From a virus (taxonomy: Duplodnaviria; Caudoviricetes), in the IMG/VR virus record IMGVR_UViG_3300002307_000055, positions 460 to 64,459 of that record: a stretch of DNA of 64,000 nt; one strand, given 5' to 3'. Position 1 is the stretch's first letter. Each line of letters starts with the position of its first letter. The position numbers and the translations under genes are program-made. Of this stretch, positions 26,966 to 36,900 are shown in pieces. The notes under the pieces are model-generated. The model was not told the origin of the DNA. It saw only the letters and a list, made by a program, of their open reading frames with translations, and searched no databases.

Positions 26966-29502
26966 TGCCAGTATCAAATTCATTCGGAAATCAAGCACCA
27001 TATCAGTATTATGACAATACTGACCCTGCCACTAGGTATAATGCCGATGGCTCATTAAAGGTTAATGGACTAGCAAATACGGCTGTAGATACAGGGTTTA
27101 AGGTCGCGGGGATGGTTCCCATATTTGGACAGGCGGCAGCAGCAGCACACGGTATCGGAAAGGCACTCAATAGCACCAACACAGGTGTAGGTAACTTCAC
27201 CGCAGGACTTATAGACCCATTCACTCAGGCTACTCATGCTTGGGGTGATATACATGGTAGCGATAGCGCAGGGGTAAAAGCGAGGAAAGCCTTTAACGGA
27301 TTTGCCGATGCAATAATTCCCGGATGGGGCGCGGTTGATTCTTTGATACAAGGCAACAAAAGACGCGCAGAGGAAGCCAATTATTTAGACCAACAGAACT
27401 ATTATAAGAACGCAGGATATGACTATGCTTTAAATAATAATGGCATAAATTTCTCTACAAATAACCGCCCTGTAAATAACACCAATCAGCCGAAACAGAT
27501 GCCAGCTTTACAAGCTGGATTGGCGGGACTAGGTGCGGCGGGTGGTGATTTGCTAAAACAGCTATTGGCAAAACATCAGACTAAAGTACCAACATCACTT
27601 AATGATTTTTCTACTGAATACAGGAAGCAATTACCACAGACAGACCCAAGTGCAACAGACAGGACACAATTACCATTTGGGGCTGTGCCACCTGCACCGC
27701 CAATACAGATAACGCCACCAACAGGCGATGAAGCAATGCAGGGCAATGGCTCAGACCCATCCACACAAGGGGGCAACATTTTAAGCGGTCTTGGTAAGGG
27801 GCTTGGAATACTCGGAGAAAGCGGCGGCGGAGATGTAGGTGGCTCACTAGGCGATGATTTTGGTTCTTTGCCAATGGGATTTGAAGATGGCGGTGTAGCC
27901 CATGTGAAAGGCGGTAACGGTGGCGATGATATTGCCTTAGTACACGCAGGGACGGGCAAAGATACAGGTGTACGCGTAGAGAAAGGTGAAATGATAGTAT
28001 TCAGTGATGAGAATGTCAAAGCCCTTAATGATGCTGTAAAAAGCGGCGATAAGGAAAAAGCATTTTCATTGATAGCTGACCAATTATCTAAAAGAGGCAA
28101 GCAAATGGGAACTACTAACTACTCGGATGGCGGTAAGGGGACTACTGATAATACTCCTGATATATCCAAACTCTCTGACGAGCAATTAGCAGCTTTGTAT
28201 AATGAGAGGCTTCCTATAAGCGGTGAGATACATGGCGACAATTCACTTGGCGAAAAAGTTAAGAAAGAATTTGATGGTAGGGGGTTGAAAAAATACTACC
28301 CTCATGGGTATAGCTTATTAGCTACTCCAACATATACAAGTACAAAGACAGGCAAAGAATTTAAGCCTGACGAAAATTTTGATTTTTTCAAATGGAAAAG
28401 TGGCCAAAGCAATCCACATATAATATCCGATGCTATAAATGGCAGGTTAAATCCATCTGACCAAAAGCATATTGATGATGCCAATAGAGTTGCAAAAGGA
28501 TTTAATGCCAATTATACCCTACCATCTGACCATCCTGCAATAGCAGCACTGACAGGGCAATCATATCCAAATGGTCAGCCTAAAGTACAAGATAACAAGG
28601 ACGGTACACATACCGTATTAGATGTCAATGGCAATCCCGTAACATCACCTATCGGCCCACAGCAGTATACAGGCTATGACGAGAACGGCAATCCACTTGG
28701 CCCATACGACCCGAATAGGAAAGCTCCTGCTGCACCTTTGAAATCAAACACAGTAGTAGGTGCAGATATTTCCAATAAAGAGCCTTATGATTGGGCTTCG
28801 GCTTTAAACTATGGTACTGATGCGGCTAAATTTGCCGTAGGTATGATAGGCGCACAGACACCACTTCCGACATGGCAAGTACCGGGTGCATGGACAGACT
28901 ACTCTAACCACATGAAATACCTGTCAAACACAGGACTGAGTGGCGCAGACAAGGCATTGGCTAGAAATAATGCTGACAATACATATCTTACATCACTTGA
29001 AAGGAACAGAAATATAGGTGGTGGCAATGCGGGCACAATAATAGCGGCAGATAATATGGCTAATGTGAACCATAACAGGGCTGCTTTGGAACTTGCATCG
29101 GCAGACCACCAAGCCAATTTAAGGAACTTAGGGGCTTATGGCGGCGTGGTACAGCAAGATTTGAACAATACCCGCACAATGTACAATGATGAGTACAGTA
29201 AGGCTATGATGGCAAAACAGTCGGGTGCGGCTTTGGCTAATAAAGCGCAGGATGATGCCGAAGGTCATATGCAAAATGACAAGTATTATGGTGCGGGAAG
29301 TGACTATGCCAAGCTGATGCAGATTGAATTGGAACAGAAACAGGCTGCTTTGGAGGCACAGAAAAGTAATAATACCGTAAATCTGAATAGGGCTAACAAT
29401 CCTACGGCGAATACGGGTACGACAACACCTAATACAGATACATCTTACAAAGACTACTTAGACTATAAGAAGTGGTTAATGACACAAAAAACAGGTAGCT
29501 AA
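26965..29502 (+). CDS. internal (ejected) virion protein 1
   Basis: Gly/Ala-rich amphipathic segments, FEDGG...VRVEKGEMIVFS motif, Q/A-rich coiled C-terminus. Confidence 0.7.
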   Translation: MPVSNSFGNQAPYQYYDNTDPATRYNADGSLKVNGLANTAVDTGFKVAGMVPIFGQAAAAAHGIGKALNSTNTGVGNFTAGLIDPFTQATHAWGDIHGSDSAGVKARKAFNGFADAIIPGWGAVDSLIQGNKRRAEEANYLDQQNYYKNAGYDYALNNNGINFSTNNRPVNNTNQPKQMPALQAGLAGLGAAGGDLLKQLLAKHQTKVPTSLNDFSTEYRKQLPQTDPSATDRTQLPFGAVPPAPPIQITPPTGDEAMQGNGSDPSTQGGNILSGLGKGLGILGESGGGDVGGSLGDDFGSLPMGFEDGGVAHVKGGNGGDDIALVHAGTGKDTGVRVEKGEMIVFSDENVKALNDAVKSGDKEKAFSLIADQLSKRGKQMGTTNYSDGGKGTTDNTPDISKLSDEQLAALYNERLPISGEIHGDNSLGEKVKKEFDGRGLKKYYPHGYSLLATPTYTSTKTGKEFKPDENFDFFKWKSGQSNPHIISDAINGRLNPSDQKHIDDANRVAKGFNANYTLPSDHPAIAALTGQSYPNGQPKVQDNKDGTHTVLDVNGNPVTSPIGPQQYTGYDENGNPLGPYDPNRKAPAAPLKSNTVVGADISNKEPYDWASALNYGTDAAKFAVGMIGAQTPLPTWQVPGAWTDYSNHMKYLSNTGLSGADKALARNNADNTYLTSLERNRNIGGGNAGTIIAADNMANVNHNRAALELASADHQANLRNLGAYGGVVQQDLNNTRTMYNDEYSKAMMAKQSGAALANKAQDDAEGHMQNDKYYGAGSDYAKLMQIELEQKQAALEAQKSNNTVNLNRANNPTANTGTTTPNTDTSYKDYLDYKKWLMTQKTGS

Positions 29503-30995
29503 TGCCATTAGATTTCGGTGCAATATCGGCTTTATCGGGAGGCTTCACAAATTGGGATGCAGTACGCTCAATGAAGGAAAGGGCTTTGCAATTTCGTGAG
29601 CAGTCGAATAATATTGAGCAGTCTAACTTACGCGCCAATCAGCTTGCGTCTGCCAAGATACAGCAGTATGAGGACACGGTAAATAAGGCGGGACTATTAG
29701 AGCCTGATAAAAAACGGGTGCAAGCTAAAGAACAGGAACTACGTACACAGATAGCAGATGGCATAAAGAAGTTTGGCGGTGATGCAGAAGCATATCTGAA
29801 TAGCGGTGGTATCACAGAACTACATGACTACCAACAAGGGCTTATCAATAGCGATGAGATGGGTACGGGACTAAGTAATTTCTACAATCATAATAGGGCT
29901 AAAGCAGATGCGGCGGCGGGTATGATACTTCGTCCCGTAGCGGGAGGGAAAACATACGATGAGCATTTTCAGGACTACCTAAAGGGGAAAACTAAGTCTA
30001 TTGAATATAATGGAGCTTTTGAGAAACCTGATTTTGCCCCTGCCAAATACTTTTCTGAGATATACGGTAACGCTCAAAAAGCACCACAGGCAGCTTCATT
30101 GACCGATGTATGGAACGCAGCATATCACACAGCCAAGCAAAAGGGGTTGAATGATGCTGATGCAAGGCAATTCGCAGCTATTCAAGGTAAAGAGGATATG
30201 CAATATCGCGCAGCAGGTGGCACACCATATCAATATAAATCTGAGGACGCATTGAAACAAGAATTGATGAGGTCGCAGATATATAAGAACTATAAAAAAG
30301 GTGCAGGGGAAGGTGAACATACACATTTTGACTGGCTATATGACGTAAATAAGGGATATACAAAGCCAGATGCGTTTCCAACAGATGAAAATAAAAAACC
30401 GATAATCAACAAGGACGGAACAGTATCTTACAAATATAGAATCCCTGCATCACTAGCGGGGCATATAGCAGAAACCGCAGGTATACAATATGACCACAAG
30501 GGTAATGTAACCAATAAAAGTGCTATCATTGACAGAAATGACATGTATCTGTCCAATGGTCAGAAATTAGACATATCACATCTAGCTCCCGAAGATATTG
30601 AGAGCATAGAATATGGCAATGAATATGTGGCGAATGTTAATCCACAGACAGGTAAATTTGAGAAACAAGGCATACATGCCAAAGTAAAACTGTCTAATAG
30701 TGGACTAGAAAAAGCCAAAGCAGGTGATAAGCAATTAGCCTCGTATTGGGGTAGTAATAATGTGGACGGTGTGAAGTATGAAGGTACAGGCATAAACCTT
30801 TGGAAGAAATTTTGGGATTATGGTTCACAAGGCGAAGCGGATGTAATCATACCTATCAATCCGAAAAACCCTGCCGAGAGATATAACCTTGATAAAAAGA
30901 CACCTTTGGTATCTAAGAATGACAGAGGTGTATATGGACAGATAGAAAGTCAAGGCGATGAAGAAGATAATTCAGGACACTTTTTACAAAATTAA
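29502..30995 (+). CDS. internal (ejected) virion protein 2
   Basis: 497 aa, helical N-terminus, coupled to neighbours. Confidence 0.65.
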   Translation: MPLDFGAISALSGGFTNWDAVRSMKERALQFREQSNNIEQSNLRANQLASAKIQQYEDTVNKAGLLEPDKKRVQAKEQELRTQIADGIKKFGGDAEAYLNSGGITELHDYQQGLINSDEMGTGLSNFYNHNRAKADAAAGMILRPVAGGKTYDEHFQDYLKGKTKSIEYNGAFEKPDFAPAKYFSEIYGNAQKAPQAASLTDVWNAAYHTAKQKGLNDADARQFAAIQGKEDMQYRAAGGTPYQYKSEDALKQELMRSQIYKNYKKGAGEGEHTHFDWLYDVNKGYTKPDAFPTDENKKPIINKDGTVSYKYRIPASLAGHIAETAGIQYDHKGNVTNKSAIIDRNDMYLSNGQKLDISHLAPEDIESIEYGNEYVANVNPQTGKFEKQGIHAKVKLSNSGLEKAKAGDKQLASYWGSNNVDGVKYEGTGINLWKKFWDYGSQGEADVIIPINPKNPAERYNLDKKTPLVSKNDRGVYGQIESQGDEEDNSGHFLQN

Positions 30996-33900
30996 TGGGC
31001 GACCCAAATAAAAATACCAATCTATTTGACACGGATAAAGTGGCATATGTAGATAGCGTTCTCAATGCTAATAAAAAATTAGATTGGGTACAGCGTCTTT
31101 ATGACCCAAACACTCCATCAATACCTACGCCAAAAGATGTAGAAGGGTATCAGGAAGGGCAAACATCAACGCACTTAATGGGGCATAACGGTAAGGGTTA
31201 TGTATTCCCTCATGTAGTCAGAGGCGCAGACGGACAACTGCAATATTTCTCATCTGATGATGATGCCGAAAACTATGCAAGGACTACGAACACAGGCATA
31301 CAAATGACACCCGCACAAGCCGAATGGTTTGCAGCAAATGGATATAAAACGGGGACAGGTGTTTTGCCATCCCTAAAAAGACAATCTCCCCAATCGGGAA
31401 TAACTGCCCAACCTACACTAACGCAACCAAGTACTATAAATTATTCAGAGGGAGGAAGTGGTAATACAGACCCTAACGCGCAGGTACAGCAGCCACCACA
31501 AAGCCCACCTGCCGATGCAGGTATGCCTGATTATGTAACAGACTTACGTAAACGGGCGCAAACGGGCTATCAGAGCATGATAAATAGCGGAGTAAAACCC
31601 GCCAAAGCCAAAGCAGATACAGAGCGATTTCTAAGGGTACAGTCATTCATGCACGACCCTGAGATAGAACATCAAGCACCTAAACAGCAGTTGCCACCTG
31701 ACGAAGGTGTAGTCACTGAGTTTATGAAATCTGCATGGAATGGATTTGCACCCGCCACACTCAAACTGATACCTGACCTAGCAAGCATGACCACCAATGC
31801 GGTAGGTTTACATTCAGATGGACTTGACGCATGGGTAGACAATGCTGATAAATGGGTAGATGAAAATGTCAAAGCATACATCAATCCTGAACATGAGCAG
31901 GGAATATTCAAACAGGATGAGAACGGTGAATATCATTTTACCAATTTAAGAAGTGCGGTAAATGGTATAGGCAATGCCATAGGTACGGTAGCACAGTTTG
32001 TCGGGCTTGCAGCACTCACAGGAGGCACAGGCGACCTCGCAGAAGCAGCCGAAGGGGTGAGACTAGCGCAAGGTGCGGGAGACGTAGAAGCACTCGCACA
32101 AGCCACTACAAAGCTAAAGGCAGTACAAGCCAATCTGACTATGACGAAAGCCATATCAGGTAGTCTTTTATTTGCCCCTGCTATATATGATGATGGCGTG
32201 AGGTCGGGCTTAGATAGGGGTGACGCAGCGAGACTAGCTTTTGGCTTATCTGTACCACTTGGACTACTCGGAACGGTATCAGGCGCAGAGCAAAAGATAC
32301 TAGAGAAGATGGTAGCGGGTGATATAATGACAGGCGCAGAAGAACAAGTTATCAACAAACTATCCGATAAAGGTATATTGAGAGGACTTGAAGGTAGGGT
32401 TAAGGGTGCGACTATGTCTGAGGCTGATTTCAGAACGACAATGAAAGCCACTTTGACCGATGCTTCTGCCATTACCAAGAAACTTATTAACAGTAAGGTA
32501 GCTAAAACAGCAGGTAAAGAGTTTGGACAGATGTACTTGCAATCGGCAGTACAGACTTTCGGTGAGCAAATGTATGATAGCCTGTATGCCTCTGATAAAG
32601 AAGCGGGTAAAGGTGCATTTGGAGCAAAGGAAATAGTATCAGCAGATAGCGGTGAAGGTGTCGGGCCATCCGTATTCGGGTATAAGGTAGGCAAGAAAGC
32701 TGCCATGAATGACGTTCAAAGCGGTATATACGGGGCTATCATAGGCTCGGCAATGGAAATGTACCATACGCCAGTGGTCAATCAGTCACTATATGGCTAT
32801 CTCGATGGTAAAATAAGGGACGGTAAAGCTGATGAAGGTGTAGGCAAGGTCAAGAAAATGGCTGATATACTACTATCAAAGAAGAAAATAACTACTGAAC
32901 AACATGCTGAATTGGTCGGAACGCCTGCCGTAGAAGGTAAACCAGCAGCAGATGGACAGCCCGAAGTGCCACCACAACCCGCGACAAAGGGACTGATAGA
33001 CAAAATGGCTGAGACTTCGGCTATGCTTAAAGATGTAAACGGGGACAAAATAGACCCTGTGGCATCATTCGATGTCTACAACTATCAAAACAATGAGAAA
33101 CCTAAGATAGAAAAGCAGATACATGATTTTAGTCACCCTGCTAATCCTGACCCACAAGCAAATGATAACGGTGGATTGGTACAGCAGTTACTACAACTCA
33201 AAGAAACTGACCCTACCAATACGGCACAGATAGCAGCACTTCAAAAGAAAGTCGCTGACGGTTATGCTAATTGGGATAACAATATCAAAAAGCATGGTTT
33301 AATAACCAAGCATATCACTGATACTGTGGCTACGGGTAAGTTTACGGATATACGTCCTGAGATTGCCAAGATAGATAAAGAACAGCCTAAATATACCGAC
33401 ACCTCACATCCTGAGATAAAAGCAGCGATGGAAGGTTTTAATCAGGAAGTATATGAGAAAGCTAAGTCGGGTGTAGAACCTGATGAAAATGGTGTCAAGT
33501 ATAAGGATTTGGTAGGTGAAGTGGTGACACATAAGGAACTTGGTAAAGGAACAATAGTTGAAAGGGATAATTCTTTGCCCGGAGAAGAACCGCAAAAGGA
33601 GTATTATTTTCAGCCCGAAGATGTGAATAAGCATACGGAGCTATTGGATGGCAATGAAATAGTTGATAAAAATAAGTATGACCATAAATTAACAGCACCA
33701 AAAACAGAAGCCGATGCCGTTCAAAAGCCAAGCACAGAGGGCGTACCTTTACATCCATCATCCGAAAATGGCGAAGGAGTGGGAGAAGGAAACACCGAAG
33801 GGGAAAAAACTCCCGAAGCACAAATCCAAAAAGCGGTAGACTTAGATTCACTCAAAGATAAACCCGTAACCTATAAAGGGCAGAAAGGCAAACTATCTAT

Positions 33901-35083
33901 TGATGAAGGTGGTAAGGTGTCATTTGAGGCAGAAAATGGAAGGGTATATGATATACCTACTGAGGCAAATAATCGCAACGCTACTGATTATGGTATCACT
34001 CCAATCAAAGAGAAAGCTGAAAAGCGCACAACGGTATCAGATGTATCAGAAACGAGTGCTACTGTAAATGGAACAAAATATACTATCCATACTAATAAAA
34101 AAACAGGAAACATTATCGGGCTTTCACCTGAAAATAAACCTGAACAAATTATCAGAAATGAGAAGTTGATAACAGCAGTAGAGATTGAAAGGAATAAAAC
34201 TGCATACCAAACAGGTGAAACTACCGAGGACTTTCAAAAAGAAAAGAGTGCATTACCTCAATCTGAACATAAGATTGTTGACTTAGTAGATAATATCCAC
34301 TCCAAACACATGGATGATGCTACTTCTGATGCTATTGATAAGCTGATGCGAGGCAATAGAATATCAGAAGATGAAATGAAATTGGTTAAGCGCTATTCAG
34401 AAAAAGTAGGTAGTGACTTATTATCCTTACAGATTGAGGGGAATAATGACAATTCGGAAGTTTTAAATTCGGCAATAGAAAATATTGATTTACTTGATAA
34501 ACAAATAAAGCAAGATGAAGCAGACATTAACAACAGCGCAGAGGCTAACATTGATGGCAGTAAAGAGGGCGCAAAAGAAAAACCCGCAGAGCCAACCGCC
34601 GAAGAAGTCAGAGCCGAAACGGTAGAGAAAGAATTTGAAACTAAGGTAGCAGAAAAGCCTATACCCGAAGAAGAACAAAAGCAAAATAGCGAAGTAGCCG
34701 AAACGGTTATCAATGAAGTAGCCGAAAAGGACACTGCGGTATATGATGCCTTAGAGCAAGGCACTGATGTTAAAACAGATAAAAAAGTCGCCAAAGAGAA
34801 AAAGGCTAAATCTGATGAAGCTAATAAAGATACCGACCCTGATGGATTACTTGATAAAAAGGTAGAATTTACACATGCGGGTAGCAAGGTAACGGGGGAG
34901 ATAATTGAGTACAATCCTGAAAATAAAAAGTATATTGCAAAGGATAGGCAAGGTATAAAATACCCATTGACGGCTGATAAGTTCACGGAGATAGCAGATA
35001 ATGAGCCTCAACCTGTTAAGAAGGTACGCAAGGCAAAAGAGAAATTGGACGATATTAATAACGATACATTTATTCCTTGTTAA
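30995..35083 (+). CDS. large internal virion protein 3
   Basis: 1362 aa; N-terminal globular domain, hydrophobic Gly-rich helices, long acidic linker; ends FIPC. Confidence 0.7.
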   Translation: MGDPNKNTNLFDTDKVAYVDSVLNANKKLDWVQRLYDPNTPSIPTPKDVEGYQEGQTSTHLMGHNGKGYVFPHVVRGADGQLQYFSSDDDAENYARTTNTGIQMTPAQAEWFAANGYKTGTGVLPSLKRQSPQSGITAQPTLTQPSTINYSEGGSGNTDPNAQVQQPPQSPPADAGMPDYVTDLRKRAQTGYQSMINSGVKPAKAKADTERFLRVQSFMHDPEIEHQAPKQQLPPDEGVVTEFMKSAWNGFAPATLKLIPDLASMTTNAVGLHSDGLDAWVDNADKWVDENVKAYINPEHEQGIFKQDENGEYHFTNLRSAVNGIGNAIGTVAQFVGLAALTGGTGDLAEAAEGVRLAQGAGDVEALAQATTKLKAVQANLTMTKAISGSLLFAPAIYDDGVRSGLDRGDAARLAFGLSVPLGLLGTVSGAEQKILEKMVAGDIMTGAEEQVINKLSDKGILRGLEGRVKGATMSEADFRTTMKATLTDASAITKKLINSKVAKTAGKEFGQMYLQSAVQTFGEQMYDSLYASDKEAGKGAFGAKEIVSADSGEGVGPSVFGYKVGKKAAMNDVQSGIYGAIIGSAMEMYHTPVVNQSLYGYLDGKIRDGKADEGVGKVKKMADILLSKKKITTEQHAELVGTPAVEGKPAADGQPEVPPQPATKGLIDKMAETSAMLKDVNGDKIDPVASFDVYNYQNNEKPKIEKQIHDFSHPANPDPQANDNGGLVQQLLQLKETDPTNTAQIAALQKKVADGYANWDNNIKKHGLITKHITDTVATGKFTDIRPEIAKIDKEQPKYTDTSHPEIKAAMEGFNQEVYEKAKSGVEPDENGVKYKDLVGEVVTHKELGKGTIVERDNSLPGEEPQKEYYFQPEDVNKHTELLDGNEIVDKNKYDHKLTAPKTEADAVQKPSTEGVPLHPSSENGEGVGEGNTEGEKTPEAQIQKAVDLDSLKDKPVTYKGQKGKLSIDEGGKVSFEAENGRVYDIPTEANNRNATDYGITPIKEKAEKRTTVSDVSETSATVNGTKYTIHTNKKTGNIIGLSPENKPEQIIRNEKLITAVEIERNKTAYQTGETTEDFQKEKSALPQSEHKIVDLVDNIHSKHMDDATSDAIDKLMRGNRISEDEMKLVKRYSEKVGSDLLSLQIEGNNDNSEVLNSAIENIDLLDKQIKQDEADINNSAEANIDGSKEGAKEKPAEPTAEEVRAETVEKEFETKVAEKPIPEEEQKQNSEVAETVINEVAEKDTAVYDALEQGTDVKTDKKVAKEKKAKSDEANKDTDPDGLLDKKVEFTHAGSKVTGEIIEYNPENKKYIAKDRQGIKYPLTADKFTEIADNEPQPVKKVRKAKEKLDDINNDTFIPC

Positions 35084-35350
35084 ATGGCAAAGAAGGAAAG
35101 AGCAAAGCAAGAGTTAGAGTATCTACTCCAAATGAAAGAATATTTGGGGGATGATAAAATGGAGCAGTATGTCAATGATTCATATACCAATCGTACTAGT
35201 CAAACCCGTAGGGGTATCATACACGCTGTCAATAATGCTCATGCTTTGAAACATGGCAGAGAAAAACCCGTACCTATGCCGATGGTAAATGAACCTACTA
35301 TTAAACATGAGAGGAAACCCCGCGCAAATAAATTTTCCATCGGTGGCTAA
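35084..35350 (+). CDS. hypothetical protein, first gene of the ATP-grasp cassette
   Basis: Starts 1 nt after the previous stop. Confidence 0.7.
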   Translation: MAKKERAKQELEYLLQMKEYLGDDKMEQYVNDSYTNRTSQTRRGIIHAVNNAHALKHGREKPVPMPMVNEPTIKHERKPRANKFSIGG

Positions 35351-36617
35351 AGAAAAACAAATATCAGAGGCAACGGTTATGGTCGTGGACGATGGGATGT
35401 TCCTAGAGGTGGCAAGCCGTTTGGGGAGGGATTTCAAGGAAGTGCTTTATTACTCCACATGGGAACGCCCATACCCTAAAATGAATGAAGGGCTTATAGG
35501 ATATGGGATGCCTAATGTAACCCGCGTAAATTCTATTTGGGAGCATTTTGATGATGTAGACTTATTTGTATTCCCATGTACAGGATTTGGAGATTTGCAA
35601 GAACATATAGAATCGTTAGGTAAGCGTGTATGGGGTAGTAGGCGAGGTGAGGAAATGGAAATATACCGCGATATGATGAAGTCCCATATGAAGAAATTGG
35701 GCTTACCTGTTGGCAAATATGAAGTTTTGAAAGGTATCGAAGAACTCAGAGAGTACCTAAAAAAGAATGATGATACGTATGTCAAGATAAACCAATGGCG
35801 CGGAATGTTTGAAAGTTTCTACTCTAAGAACTACAAAACCATTGAATGTAAGCTGGATGAAATTGAAAATATATTAGGGCCATTTAAGTTTATAACCGAC
35901 TTCATAGTAGAGGAAAGTTTGCCCGACAAAGTGGAAATAGGCTATGATGGATATACCATTGATGGCAAATACCCTGCGCGGTCAATAGCAGGTATCGAGG
36001 TGAAAGACTTGGGGTATATTGGTGAGGTAAGGGAATATAAAGACCTGCCTAAAGAAGTGACAGACTTCAACACAAAAATATCTGATACCTTTAAAAATTA
36101 TGGATATAGGGGAATGTTCTCTACGGAAATAAGAGTAGGCAAAGATAAAGTGCCATTTATGATTGATGCAACCTGCCGTATGCCGTCTCCACCAAATGAG
36201 CTATATCAGGAACTATATACCAACTATTCTGAAATAATATGGCATGGTAGTAATGGCGAAATGGTAGACCCTATCGCTTCTGCAAAGTTTGGGGTACAGG
36301 CGTTAATATATAGCTCATGGAGCGAAAAACACTATCTGCCTATTGATATACCTGCCGATGTGAAAAATCAGGTTAAACTTATGAATGCAGTAATGATAAA
36401 GAATCAGTACTACATTTGCCCACAGGACAACCCTACTGATGTGATAGGCAGTGTGATAGGTTTGGGCGATACCTTAGAAAAAGCCATTGAAAATATGAAG
36501 GATGTAGCGGGTAAAATATCAGCTTATGACCTTGATATTAGGATAGGTAGTATGGAGAAAGCTCAGGAACAAATGGATAAATTGCGTACATTTGGAATTA
36601 AACTATTCAGCAAATGA
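35343..36617 (+). CDS. PurD/GARS-like ATP-grasp ligase
   Basis: Likely GTG start overlapping the upstream stop; GKRVWGSRRGEEME, KKLGLPVGKY, YVKIN, FIVEE, EIGYDG, GYRGMFSTE, IDATCRMPSPP. Confidence 0.8.
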   Translation: MAKEKQISEATVMVVDDGMFLEVASRLGRDFKEVLYYSTWERPYPKMNEGLIGYGMPNVTRVNSIWEHFDDVDLFVFPCTGFGDLQEHIESLGKRVWGSRRGEEMEIYRDMMKSHMKKLGLPVGKYEVLKGIEELREYLKKNDDTYVKINQWRGMFESFYSKNYKTIECKLDEIENILGPFKFITDFIVEESLPDKVEIGYDGYTIDGKYPARSIAGIEVKDLGYIGEVREYKDLPKEVTDFNTKISDTFKNYGYRGMFSTEIRVGKDKVPFMIDATCRMPSPPNELYQELYTNYSEIIWHGSNGEMVDPIASAKFGVQALIYSSWSEKHYLPIDIPADVKNQVKLMNAVMIKNQYYICPQDNPTDVIGSVIGLGDTLEKAIENMKDVAGKISAYDLDIRIGSMEKAQEQMDKLRTFGIKLFSK

Positions 36618-36784
36618 AATCAGGCAAGCTACTAAAGGACATACCAATAACCGAAGAATGTGAGATTGAAAACCTCGGTGGAAAATGGAAGGTAGTTGCT
36701 ATTGGCGATACTCATTGTGTAGTAAAGAATGTGCTTAATCCTGATAATAGATTGTCATTGCCGAAGGGGACACCGTTGAAATGA
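36614..36784 (+). CDS. 56-aa peptide containing EECEIE
   Basis: My translation MKSGKLLKDIPITEECEIENLGGKWKVVAIGDTHCVV...; ATGA overlaps at both ends. Confidence 0.6.
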   Translation: MKSGKLLKDIPITEECEIENLGGKWKVVAIGDTHCVVKNVLNPDNRLSLPKGTPLK

Positions 36785-36900
36785 TTGATTCAGAGGAAGA
36801 AGAATGTGAAATTGAAGTGCCTGATTCAGAGGACAATTACGATGGGATAGTGAATACTGACCACAGTATAACGAATAACGATAAAGATAACGATTGGTAA
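36781..36900 (+). CDS. 39-aa acidic peptide containing EECEIE
   Basis: My translation MIDSEEEECEIEVPDSEDNYDGIVNTDHSITNNDKDNDW; abuts the ATG at 36901. Confidence 0.55.
   Translation: MIDSEEEECEIEVPDSEDNYDGIVNTDHSITNNDKDNDW

Noticed and set aside
31933-34986. Long minus-strand ORFs (257, 197 aa etc.) inside the ejected-protein genes
   Set aside because: Ser/Leu/Phe-rich mirror translations typical of antisense shadows of A-rich coding DNA.
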